A stretch of DNA of 64,000 bases, from NCBI RefSeq assembly GCF_006345805.1, contig NC_043022.1:7254001-7318000 (forward strand), read 5' to 3'. This document shows positions 52,171 through 64,000 of this stretch, in pieces. The position numbers were made by a program, and so were the translations under genes. The stretch's first letter is position 1; every line of letters starts with the position of its first letter. This DNA comes from Octopus sinensis (taxonomy: Eukaryota). The notes beneath the pieces are model-generated. The model did no database searches. It saw only the letters and a list, made by a program, of their open reading frames with translations, and was not told the DNA's origin.

Positions 52171-52979
52171 ACCAATTCTCAACAGTAGAAAGATTGGTGG
52201 GACATTCCAGGGTACAATCATAACAGGCCTAATATAGTTATTTGAGAGAGAAAAGAAAAATTATATCTACTCATAAAAGTTAGCTGCCCTCCAAATGTGA
52301 CCATCTTTTCCTAAACCAGTAAGAAAGATAATATTTACAGATAACGCCTTCAATACCTGCTGCTCCTCTATTCAGATCATATCTCATTTATACCAGTAAT
52401 TACTGGTGCATTTGATTATGTTAGTGAATGTCGAAGTGGCAATCTGGAAAGGCTAGGATTTTCAGAGAAAGAAAGAAATCGCTTACAAATATTTTACAAA
52501 TCTGTCTTGTAAGTGGAACAGTAAAAATATGCAGGATTTTTTCGAAGTTTAACAATAATTATTACTGTTATCAAAATTCTAGCAACAGAGTTTACTTCTT
52601 TTGAAGAAACCACATTTTTTCTTCGAAGAAGGATTCTAAGAAATTAAAAAAATATGATGAAAACAAACAAATACACCCTTCGATGGATATAAAATCGATA
52701 TTCCATAACTAGTTTGACACTTATATATGCCCAGATACACACGGATGTACGTCCTCGCGCATACACAGACATACATATGTACATTTACACACACACATAC
52801 AAACAGATATAGAATACACATATGGTGTTGCGGCCACACATACATACGTTTACACACACTCACTGACATACACATACATACTAATACACACAAATGTGTT
52901 CGGACGTGTTATGCAAATTATGTGTACGCAAGCACGCATGAATAGGCGAGCGTGTGGATGCGTGTATGAATGTGCGCGT

Positions 52980-54171
52980 GTATGTATGTATGTATGTATG
53001 TATGTATGTATGTATGTATGTATGTATGTATGTATGTATGTATTATGTATGTATGTATGTCTGTATGTATGTATGCAAGTATGTATGTATGTATGTATGT
53101 ATGTATGCATGTATGCATGTATGTATGTATGTATGTATGTATGTATGTGTGTATGTATGTATGTATGTATGTCTGTATGTATGTATGTATGTGTGTATGT
53201 ATGTATGTATGTATGTATGTATGCATGCATGTATGTATGTATGTATGTATGCATGTATGTATGTATGTATGCATGTATGTATGTATCTATGCATGTATCT
53301 ATGTATGCATGTATGCATGTATGTATGTATGTATGTATGTATGTGTGTATGTATGTATGTATGTATGTATGTATGTATGTATGTATGCATGTATGTATGC
53401 ATGTATGTATGTATGTATGCATGCATGTATGTATGCATGTATGTATGTATGCATGTATGTATGTATGTATGCATGTATGTATGTATGTATGTATGTATGT
53501 ATGTATGTATGTATGTATGCATGCATGTATGTATGCATGTATGTATGTATGCATGTATGTATGTGTGTATGTATGTATGTATGTATGTATGTATGCATGT
53601 ATGTATGTGTGTATGTATGTATGCATGTATGTATGTGTGTATGTATGTATGTATGTATGTATGTATGTATGTATGCATGCATGTATGTATGCATGTATGT
53701 ATGCATGCATGTATGTATGTATGTATGTATGTATGTATGTATGCATGCATGTATGTATGTATGTATGTATGTATGTGAGTATGTATGTATGTATGTATGT
53801 ATGTATGTATGTATGCATGTATGTATGCATGTATGTATGTATGTATGCATGCATGTATGTATGCATGTATGTATGTATGCATGTATGTATGTATGTATGC
53901 ATGTATGTATGTATGTATGTATGTATGTATGTATGCATGCATGTATGTATGCATGTATGTATGTATGCATGTATGTATGTGTGTATGTATGTATGTATGT
54001 ATGTATGCATGTATGTATGTGTGTATGTATGTATGTATGTATGTATGTATGCATGCATGTATGTATGCATGTATGTATGCATGCATGTATGTATGTATGT
54101 ATGTATGTATGTATGTATGTATGTATGTATGCATGTATGTATGTATGTATGTATGTATGTATGTATGTATG
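52980..54171. repeat. (ATGT)n array, about 1.2 kb
   Basis: Direct inspection. Confidence 0.98.
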
Positions 54172-55339
54172 TGTGGAGACATACGTTTACATTTTTCTGT
54201 GTGTGTGTGTACGTGTGTGTGTGCGTGTGTGTGTACGCATGCGCGCGTGTAAATGTGTTGAAATCCCTAAACCCTGCCCCGTAGAACATCACTGAGGTGT
54301 TTACAGACTCTAAATTACCAAAAAGCAATGGAGGAGCGGTCTAGGGGTGGTGGGGGTGGGGTAAGAAAATTATTGACGTTACCATGGAAACAGTTGAAAG
54401 ATGATACACTCTTGATGGTGAGGACGTCTGGGATACCAGCAGCTTTAATGTCTCCATGGTTCATCCCCGGCACCCAAACCACCCCCTAAAAACCCCCACC
54501 AACACCGCCAATACATGTTTGGTCAGTGTGCTAGAAATAGCAGCCGAATATCTCTTCAAATCGTTTTCTGCAGTCAGAAAAAAGGCATTGAAAATACCCA
54601 AGATATTCACGAGGACGAGAAAGCCATGGTTGGAAGGCTGTTGGTCGTATCATAAGCCCGTCTGCTTGATCAGTGTCGACCTAGGGCTAAACAAAAGCAA
54701 CAACAGTTGTAACGCTTTCAACACCACTACCACCACCACCACCACCACCACCAACAACAACAACAAACACAGAACGATTAAGGATGACTCGACCTGCAAG
54801 AAATAGCAACCAAATCACTCTCAAATCATAACCTATCTTTAAAGAATGGGAAGGACTCACTATAATTTTTATATCCTGAAATGACATGCTTGAAAAAGCG
54901 GAATGGTCGCGGCCAGAGTGTCTCTGCTCATACACGTAATCACACACATTCATCAATCCACCATCAAGACAAATGCAGGCCAAGTAAAACCTTCATGACG
55001 ACCGATTCGCCAATTAACAATGAAACTGGTTTTGAACTTTGTTCCAAGACCAGCAGGTTGGAGGAAGGGCGGGGTAGGGTTTGGGGGGGCAAGTCGATTT
55101 CATCGACCCCCGGGGCTCAACTGGGACTGCAACCGAAAAGAGGAAAAGCACGCCGGGCAAAAAGTTTTGCGGCAAAAAGCTTAACGCCTTTACGTTCTGA
55201 GTTCGAATTCCGCCTTGGTCGACTTTACCTTTCATCCTTTCAGGGTCGATTAAAATAAGTACCAGTTGAGTACTGGGGTCAATGTAGTTAACTAGTACCC
55301 TCCATTAGGAGTTCAGGCTTTGTGCCTGTAGTAGAAAAG

Positions 55340-55735
55340 ATTATTATTATTATTATTATTATTATATTATATTATTATTATTATTATATATTATTATTAT
55401 TATTATTATTATATTCTATGTTTGACTTTTGCTTTATATTTGTACAAGTTGGCTCCAAGTCTCACCCAGAGACCTCAAGAGACAACAGGTTGGAAGTTCA
55501 TGTTGTTGTTATGCCTAGTGTGCCATATATTTGGGGGGGGGGGAGTGTTTTGGTGTTGTACTAATGAATGTCTAAAAAAATTTTTTTTTTTAAACCGAAA
55601 ATTATGTTTTTTTAAACCTTGAGATTACATAGAAGTATTTTGCGTAGGATATGAGCAGTTCCCATGAGCACTACTTTTGAATTTCTGCCATTTTTTTTAT
55701 TTATATTATTATATTATTATTATTATTATTATTAG
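55340..55735 (-). mobile_element. R4/Dong-like 3' end flanked by (TAA)n
   Basis: Reverse complement encodes VLMGTAHILRKIL, homologous to ALLGTAHILRRTL at about 14470; (TTA)n on both sides. Confidence 0.75.
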
Positions 55736-55761
55736 TAGTAGTAGTAGTAGTAGTAGTAGTA

Positions 55762-55801
<40 letters not shown>

Positions 55802-56094
55802 TTCATGATAATCGTCATCATCATCTTCATCGGCCTCTGCTCAGAAAAACTGGACAAGGTGTGAGAGCATTAAAAAAGCTCATCTCACGAACGAGTCGTC
55901 AGCCTGGCTGATTCACAGAAATGTGGAGAGAGTCAATGACAACGGAGTGGGCTTCGCTTATGAATCAGCGTCGTTGTCATCGGTAGCGGCTTTGCACAGC
56001 CATCAATCAGGGACAGAATTATAATGAGGATAAAGAATAATAATAATGATTTCCTTATTAACCACAAGGGTTTACTTTAAGAAACAAAGCAAAG

Positions 56095-56143
<49 letters not shown>

Positions 56144-56258
56144 TGTGTGTGTGCCACAAGGGCCCAAGACATGGAGGACAATATCGAAGGACGACATACA
56201 ACACACACACAAAAAAAGTCAAAAATTACAAAAACAGCACATCAACAACAATAAAGTG

Positions 56259-56349
<91 letters not shown>

Positions 56350-58977
56350 GACTGGTCGTCCTGGATGTCGACGGCAGCAATGGGTGCGCTTTTCGACTCG
56401 TATCAGTCTACGCACCGCCCTTAACAGGTCGGGCGGATTTCTTTCAACGTCTAGAAGTATTCTTGGGAACGTCTCGTCCTTTACTCTTAGTGGGGGATTG
56501 GAATGCTACCTTGGACACGCATGTAGACTACGTGGGTAGAGATAGGAATAGACGGGGATGCAAATGCCTCAGAGACCTGCTCAGACGCTTTCAACTGTCT
56601 GACAGGTTCCGACTAGACCACCCGAATGCGCCAACGTGGACATGGAGCAACCGCATCGGGTCGTCGAGATCGTATCTAGATAGGATACTGTGTAGGACAG
56701 TAGACAGAGATAGCATAGGATGTCCACAATTCCACATAGTCAGCTACACGGATCACAAACTTGTGACATGTACGCTAGACTTAGGTAAGACACTTAGGCA
56801 GGGTCCCGGATACTGGAAACTAAGCGCGTCTTTCCCATCGAGACAGGTTTTCAGAGACCGGATTAGCACACTAGTAAAGAGGGCTTGACGGGAGCCATCA
56901 TCAACAACAAATGGTGGTTTGCCCTCAAGAGAGCAGTAAAAGCAGAAGCGATTAGGTACAGCAAAGCACTAGCCATAGATAGAAATAGAGTAGAGGGTGA
57001 GCTAGTTAAGAAGCTAGAAGAGGCAATTAGAAGCGGCATCGCATCCGACCGTTTTGGCGGCGAGGTTGGCCCTCGACCAACACTTCAACGCCAAACACGA
57101 AGGATGTGCTGTCAGAGCTAGGATGCGTGCTCTAAGGAACGAAGGTGTTGGAGCCGCGAGAGAGGCCCGGGGCCAGAGGCGCAACAGGGCAACAAAGCAC
57201 CATTCGGTCCCTGGTAGATGAACAAGGGCGCGAATTGCTCGAGCCAAGTAAAATGTGTGAGGCCTTTCAGCAGCATTTTGCCCGACTGTTCGGAACGAGT
57301 GGAGGGCAAGAACGTAGGGTGGACTTCAGTGCCTACCTACATAGCCTACCACGACTCTCGACAAGAAAGGCAGGGTGCTGCGAAGGTGCCATCACGGCGG
57401 CGGAAGTGCAGGAAGCGATGGCAGAATGCTCGGGGGACAAATCACCGGGTTTGGATGGTCTACCCTACGAGCTTTACAATTGTATGCCAGACTTGTTTGG
57501 AGATCTCTTGGCGGCGGTGTACTGCAACTGGCAGCAAAACGGGAGCATTCCTGGTTTTGTGAGCCGAGGAGCCGTAACACTGCTGAAGAAAGATCTAAAC
57601 AAGGGAAATGTAATAGATAACTTTAGGCACATCACTCTGCTTAATGCAGACTGAAAAATTTTGGCAAGGTGCTAGCCAAGAGGTTGGCACTTGTCATCAG
57701 AAAACTGGTCGACAGGGCGCAAACATGCGCCGTGCCAGGCCGGACCATCCATGACAACCTCCACCTGATGCTACATCATAGACAGGGTGTATTAACGAAC
57801 CTGGCATGGGTGGGGCGCTGATCAATTTGGATCAATCGAAAGCTTCGATAGGGTGGACCATCGATACTTGGAGGCGGTCTCGGAGCGGCTGGCTTCGGTC
57901 CGTCTTCCGCGGCTGGATAGCCGCTTGTACAGAGGCATCCGTTCGGTAATTCGCGTGAATGGACATCTATCGAGACCCTTCGACATCGCACGTTCGGTCC
58001 GTCAGGGATGCCCCCTCTCGTCGCTTCTATACGTATTGACTCTCGAGCCATTATTGCGGAAGCTGGCAAACTTGAGAGGCATCCCGCGAGAACTGGGATG
58101 CGGGACGAGCGTGGTGTCTGCATACGCGGACGACGTCACCGTCATAGTGTCTAGCCACGAGCACATCGAGCAGGTCGGCGAGACACTGAAAAACTACGAA
58201 GCGGTGACAGGAGCAAAAATCAACCGGGAAAAGTCAGTGGGCTTGCGACTCAGCACCTGGAGAAGCAAGCCCATGCCGTCCACCAGCGCCTCCGTCGTGG
58301 GACGCTGGACCGACGGCCCGGTTGAGTTGCTCGGGGTCTGGTTTGGTCCGGACCTCCAAGTGGAGAAGAACTGGAACGAGATAACAAGTAGGGTGGTCAC
58401 TCTCGCCCGGCAATGGGCTGAGAGGAAACTGTCCCTAAAAGGTCGGGCGGAGGTGGCGAACACGTACATCGCGTCCGTCATCTACTACCGCCTGACCGTC
58501 GTACCTTGTCCCGACCCTACCATCACCAAACTACAACGCATTCTCTTTCGCTTCTTGTGGAAAGGATGCGTCCCGATGGTCAGGCGATCCATTTGCTGTC
58601 AACACCCGTTAAAAGGAGGGCTGGGCATGCCGTGGTTGATGATGCGCAGACACGCGCTGAGACTGCGACATCTCTGGCTCTATGTAGACGACGGTGAACA
58701 GGTGTGGTCGCCGTTGTGAGGCACGCTTTCCAGCAGCTCGTCTCCATGACCGAACTGCAGTCGGATCAAAAAGAGGCCGAAGAAGGGCGAATGGCACCGC
58801 GAGTGTCGCGTTGCTCTCAAGCAACTCTGCCGTCCTGGGTCGACCTTGAGTGACTTCAACACAACCAAAGCATTCTATAGGGGTTTCTTTTTTTTTTTTT
58901 TTAAACCTTCAAAAGAAAAGCTCTACCTTGTAATTTGTTCTATCTGTGTGCAGCCCTGTGTGGCTAATAAAGAAACA

Positions 58978-59039
<62 letters not shown>

Positions 59040-59040
59040 C

Positions 59041-59083
<43 letters not shown>

Positions 59084-59124
59084 CCTATCTACCTACCTAT
59101 CTATCTATCTACCTATCTACCTAC

Positions 59125-59171
<47 letters not shown>

Positions 59172-59172
59172 C

Positions 59173-59227
<55 letters not shown>

Positions 59228-59264
59228 CCTGTCTATCTATCTACCTATCTATCTATCTACCTAC

Positions 59265-59324
<60 letters not shown>

Positions 59325-60321
59325 TTATCTATCTATCTATGGACAACTTCCAGAGATCCCTGGCCTGGCAGTGCTACCGAGAAGCGCTACCCGTTCGGGA
59401 TAAGCTTTACATACACCGCTCGAGAAACACGGGGCCGACTTGCCCGAGATGCGGTCAGAGCGACGAAACCGTTCTGCATGCGCTCGTGCAGTGTCCAACA
59501 ATTTCCGACCTGTGGGCTTATGTCGAATAACTGCTGTCACGTGTGGGACAAGTCGGTTTATCAGCCGAGTCTATCGTTAATATCGTCACGCCTCCTTCCT
59601 TCAAAACGGGAAGAAAGAGCTATTTTCATCATCCTTGTGGATATGGCGAAAGAATGTATCTGGTGGACGCGTCTGAAAGGATTGGAGACAAACACTTTCC
59701 TCTCTGGTCAATCTCTCATCAACTTCTTCAAGTACCACTTGAAGAGGAAAGTGAGAGTAGAGAGGCAAGATTTGTTTAGCGAATGTTTTAAAAAAAGATG
59801 GGTGAATGTAGCAAGGATGGCACGTATGAATGACGAAGCCACCATGAGCATAATCCTATGAACCCAGAAATTGAAAACAGAGGGTTACCCACTTGCAAAC
59901 AAATGTGGTAACACATAACAATATTGACCGAGGTTACCGTGGTCTTTTTCGTAGACTTTTCTTCCCACGGATAAACCTTATCTGCTTTCCCCTTTACACC
60001 GTACATCATGACACTGTGATACACGATCCCTATTGATCGTTTTTTTTCCTCTCCCCCTTTTTTCTTCTTTTTTCTTCCTTTTTTCTTTTTCTTTTCTTTT
60101 TTTCTTTTTCTTTTCTTTTTTTTCTTTTTTTTTTCTTTTTTTCTTTTCTTTTTTTTACTTTTTCCCCTTTTACGATCCCTTTTGATCGAAAACCTACGCC
60201 ACTTTTTTTTTGTTTCTTTTGTTTTTGTTTTTTTTTTTGGGTTTTTTCATCCCCCAAAAGAAAAGCTCTACCTTGTAACTTGTCCCATCTGTGTGCTGCC
60301 CTGTGTGGCCAATAAAGAAAC

Positions 60322-60322
<1 letters not shown>
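56350..60322 (+). mobile_element. Tx1/L1-group LINE ORF2 (APE, RT, CCHC), decayed, in two blocks separated by its own 3' end plus (TCTA)n
   Basis: VSVYAP, LVGDWNA, TWTW, SYLDRIL, YTDHKLV; KSPGLDGLPYE, NFRHITLLNAD, RSVRQGCPLSSLLY, AYADDVT, KGGLGMP; [18 protein letters not shown]; AATAAA + (TCTA)n. Arrays at 56260-56349, 58979-59340 and 60323-60625. Confidence 0.9.
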
Positions 60323-60393
<71 letters not shown>

Positions 60394-60424
60394 TTAATTA
60401 CCTGTCTGTGTCTGTCTGTATGTG

Positions 60425-60472
<48 letters not shown>

Positions 60473-60473
60473 C

Positions 60474-60528
<55 letters not shown>

Positions 60529-61210
60529 CCTATCTATCTATCTACCTATCTATCTATCTATCTATCTACCTATCTATCTATCTATCTGTCTGTCTATCTA
60601 TCCATCCATCCATCCATCCATCCATCATCATCTCTTGATTCATCAGAAGCAATAAGTTACAGGACTCAATACACACATGAGTGTGTGTTTACGTGTGTGT
60701 ATGTGTTTAATCAACCGTACTCATGATGGCATGAGGATGTGTGTTGGCGCATGCGCAGATTCGTGAAACCAAATCAGGAAATATGTTAGCGATGTGAAAA
60801 GGTCACGAATGTATTATCATAATTTTTATGGTGACGAGCTGACTGAATTGTTTAGCTAACCGGACACAATGCTTCGCGGCCGTTTTTTTCCAGCTTTACG
60901 TTCCCAGTTCAAATTCCACTGAGGTCGAAGTCTTTCATTTATAACACAACACACACACACACACATATATTGTGAAGGCTCGTGACCTACTGTTGCTCTG
61001 ACGGCGTTCGATTCCCAGACCGAGTTCTTGAGCAAAATACTTCATTTCACGTCGTTCCAGTCCCCCTTTGAATCAGCGTGGAATGTTGGCCTACGTGCCT
61101 AGCCAAGCAGGGTGAGGTCATTCGAAGCCTAAAACGATGTAGAGCGCATTGTGACAAGCGATGCGTAACAACATAAGGTAGCCTGGACAGTCATGTGATA
61201 TATATATATG

Positions 61211-61400
61211 CAGTGTCCCCCCGCTTATTCGCAGTTCGGCATTCGCGATCCCGGTTATTCGCGGAACTAATGATTGTTCGCGGAAACCACCGCATATTCG
61301 CGGATTCGTGAATAACGTTCGCGATTTTTTATGGCTTTTTTTCGTGGCAATATTTGCTGTCATTTTTTCGTGGCAATATTTTCTCACACTTTTCAAGGCT
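61211..61400 (+). mobile_element. Tigger/pogo-like left terminal region
   Basis: cagtgtccccccgcttattcgc...ttcgcg repeats resemble pogo/Tigger-type TIRs; a transposase N-terminus lies downstream. Confidence 0.55.
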
Positions 61401-61437
61401 AAAAATGTTATTAATGATTTAAGGTTAAATCATTAAT

Positions 61438-61780
61438 AACAAGAGCACTCAGAGAGCGCAAACCTCCGCCAAGGCAATACCAACGTTTTCTCTATGATTA
61501 GCCGGAGATGATTTTGAAATGAGAATATCTGAAATAAACTCAACTGCTCTCAAACGAGAATACTAAAAATGAACCCGACTGCTCTCAAAAATTAAGTATA
61601 TATAAAAAAAAAAAAAATCCAGAACCCTTACGTAGTACCGGATCGATCTCAAAACTAATCCGTTCATGCCAGTCACGAGGTCAGTCATCCGAATCCATCC
61701 AGCGGTTCTTGAGATATTTTTGTATACGGACAAATACGACTGAAAACAATACCCACGCCTTCGCTAAGGGGGAGGTAATA
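61438..61780. mobile_element. Short non-autonomous element with subterminal inverted repeats (Helentron/HINE-like)
   Basis: acctccgccaagg near the left end versus ccttcgctaagggggaggtaata at the right end. Confidence 0.45.
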
Positions 61781-62011
61781 ATATACCGTATTTGTCGGTT
61801 TACTAGATGCCCCTTTCCAGCTGAAGGTCCCTCTGATCAGATTAGCCGCGCATCACGTCGCTTGATTTTTTTTAGATACAAGACCACTGTATCTTGTATC
61901 TCTTATTCATGCTTTCAATCAAAGCTTGCTAATTAGTAGAGCGACACCTATCTATATTTCACACATACACATTCGCTATGTTTGTCTCTCAGTGAGTAAA
62001 GTATATATAAT

Positions 62012-62078
<67 letters not shown>

Positions 62079-62347
62079 AATAAAATAGAACATATGCATA
62101 TATATAAACATATATGTACGTACCTACCTCTACATGTACATATACACGCATATATGTGTACAGGACACCAAAAAGACGTCGAACACATAGAGAGACGAAA
62201 CACATAGACACAAACCAAGGAACAAGACAAGCAAAAAAGAGAGAGATACAGGACAATAAGCACAACGAAAAAACCCCTTCTTCAGTCGCTAAGATTTCAT
62301 CTACTAAACGTTTCGAAGGATAAAAGCGAGACGTATACTTCGAAGAA

Positions 62348-62401
<54 letters not shown>

Positions 62402-62423
62402 ATATAATATATATATATATATA

Positions 62424-62766
62424 TAGGCGCAGGAGTGGCTGTGGTAAGTAGCTTGCTTACCAACAACATGGTTCCGGGTCAGTCCCACTGCGTGGCATCT
62501 TGGGAAAGTGTTGCTGCGCTATAGCCCCGGCCCGACCAATGCTTGTGAGTGGATTTGGTATAGACGGAACTGAAAGAAGCCTGTCGTATATATGTATATA
62601 TATATATGTATGTGTGTGTATATGTTTGTGTGTCTGTGTTTGCCCCCCTAGCATTGCTTGACAACCGATGTTAGTGTGTTTATGTCCCCGTCACTTAGCG
62701 GTTCGGCAAAAAGAGACCGATAGAATAAGTACTGGGCTTACAAAGAATAAGTTCCGGGGTCGATTT
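62424..62766 (+). mobile_element. SINE family A, tail truncated
   Basis: Head and body present; breaks off at ggggtcgatttg. Confidence 0.85.
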
Positions 62767-62893
62767 GTATGATCTAATGTAGCAATGATTTTAAAAAAAA
62801 GCGCTGGTATAAAATTAATGTTCAGGCTCGTGTTGATCTGTCATTATTTTTGATCTGTCATTGCTATACTGGTGATATACACTGTGAGTGTGC

Positions 62894-62944
<51 letters not shown>

Positions 62945-63499
62945 ATATATATAATATATATATATATATTATATATATATATATATTAAATCATTGCTAC
63001 ATTAGATCATACATATTGTTTATTTCAACAGGATAATTTTGAAGCCCCCCCTCTCTCTCTCTCTCACTCTTTCTTACTACAGTATAGATTACTGTAATAC
63101 AAGCTGTTACACATTCATATCTATGTGTTTACGTATGCAGAATACATCCCCACTTTTGGCACTATTTTGTTAGTGAACAATACAAACTGTGTGTAAAGTA
63201 TATTATGTATTACTACGCTGAATGTCGAGTCCGTGTAACATGGAAAGTAAATAAACACGTTAACAATAACAGTGGCTTTCATTTGGTTGTCTATCCCATT
63301 AGAACCCAAACTACACACAACACAAGCTAAATAAATTTTTCAAAACCATGATTATTTTCAATCTCTGCCCAATCTCCTTTGATAGTATGTGCATATTAGA
63401 CGCAATGAAGATTTTTTGTAGATTTTTTTGGAGGAAAAACTACATCCAGTAGCTCTCTCCAGTATTTTGTTGAGTGCTGTGTTTTTCACGGCTGCACTG

Positions 63500-63775
63500 T
63501 CAGACGGACTTGTCCGAGGTAAGCGCAGAGTGACGAAATCGTTCTGCACGCCCTCGTTCAGTGTCCGGGCATTGCTGACTTGTGGGGTTATGTTGAACAG
63601 CTACTGTCACGTGTGGGACGGATCCATCTGTCGGCCGAGTTTTCAATCGGGCAAGCAAGGCAGTTCTCCTTTAGCTGGCAGCTGTGGTGAAAGAAGTTGT
63701 TTGGTGCACAAGGCTAAAAGGCATGAGGACAAATACATTCCTCTTTGGTAGAGCACGCATTGACTTTTTCAAAGC
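63500..63775 (+). mobile_element. Old Tx1-like fragment
   Basis: cttgtccgagg...gacgaaatcgttctgcacgccctcgttcagtgtcc resembles 59440-59550. Confidence 0.65.
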
Positions 63776-63781
63776 CTTAAG

Positions 63782-64000
63782 ATGCCGCCCAAACGGCCTA
63801 CACCTATGGCTTCTGAAAGTGAACCTAAGCGCCAAAAAGGTTATGATGCTCCATGCGAAGGCAACACTGCTAGATATGTTCTGGGAAGGTAAAAGTTATG
63901 CTGCAGTAGGACGCTACTATGAGAGCACCGGACGCTACATAAAGAAGAACGAGGGGGCGATCAGGACTACCGTAGCAGTAAGTTTCTGTGAAAGTGCCAA
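63782..64000 (+). pseudogene. Tigger/pogo-like transposase N-terminus (CENP-B/psq HTH), frameshifted, runs off the window
   Basis: Manual translation MPPKRPTPMASESEPKRQK/KVMMLHAKATLLDMFWEGKSYAAVGRYY-ESTGRYIKKNEGAIR resembles the Tigger KRQRKVMTL-EKV-LLD...AAVARHY-INESTVR-I-K-E motif. Confidence 0.7.

Overview
This is repeat-dense, AT-rich eukaryotic DNA. The SINE families, the mollusc-type 5S sequence and the microsatellite load point to a cephalopod, probably octopus (inference from recognition, not a search). No intact host gene can be supported. Most of the long ORFs in the track are microsatellite translations, and the ones with recognisable protein motifs are decayed transposon fragments. 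Contents: four SINE families; decayed non-LTR retrotransposons (RTE, CR1-group, Tx1/L1-group, R4/Dong-like); Penelope-like fragments with hammerhead ribozyme motifs; Helitrons; piggyBac- and Tigger-like DNA elements; kilobase (ATGT)n, (TTC)n and (TCTA)n arrays; and one 100-N gap. Most notable: (1) a back-to-back palindrome with a minimal type I hammerhead on each strand (47.7 kb); (2) a full-length 5S rRNA copy fused to a CR1-type LINE tail, a candidate 5S-derived SINE (3.1-3.3 kb); (3) an RTE insertion with twin-priming-type 5' inversion, junction microhomology and a TSD (23.5-25.9 kb); (4) recurrent short-range inverted duplications at element junctions; (5) an unexplained multi-hairpin motif family; (6) a 77-bp SINE-derived B-box tandem array; (7) a triplicated RTE 3' end with three C2H2 fingers inside (ATGT)n. 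Boundaries of degenerate elements are approximate.
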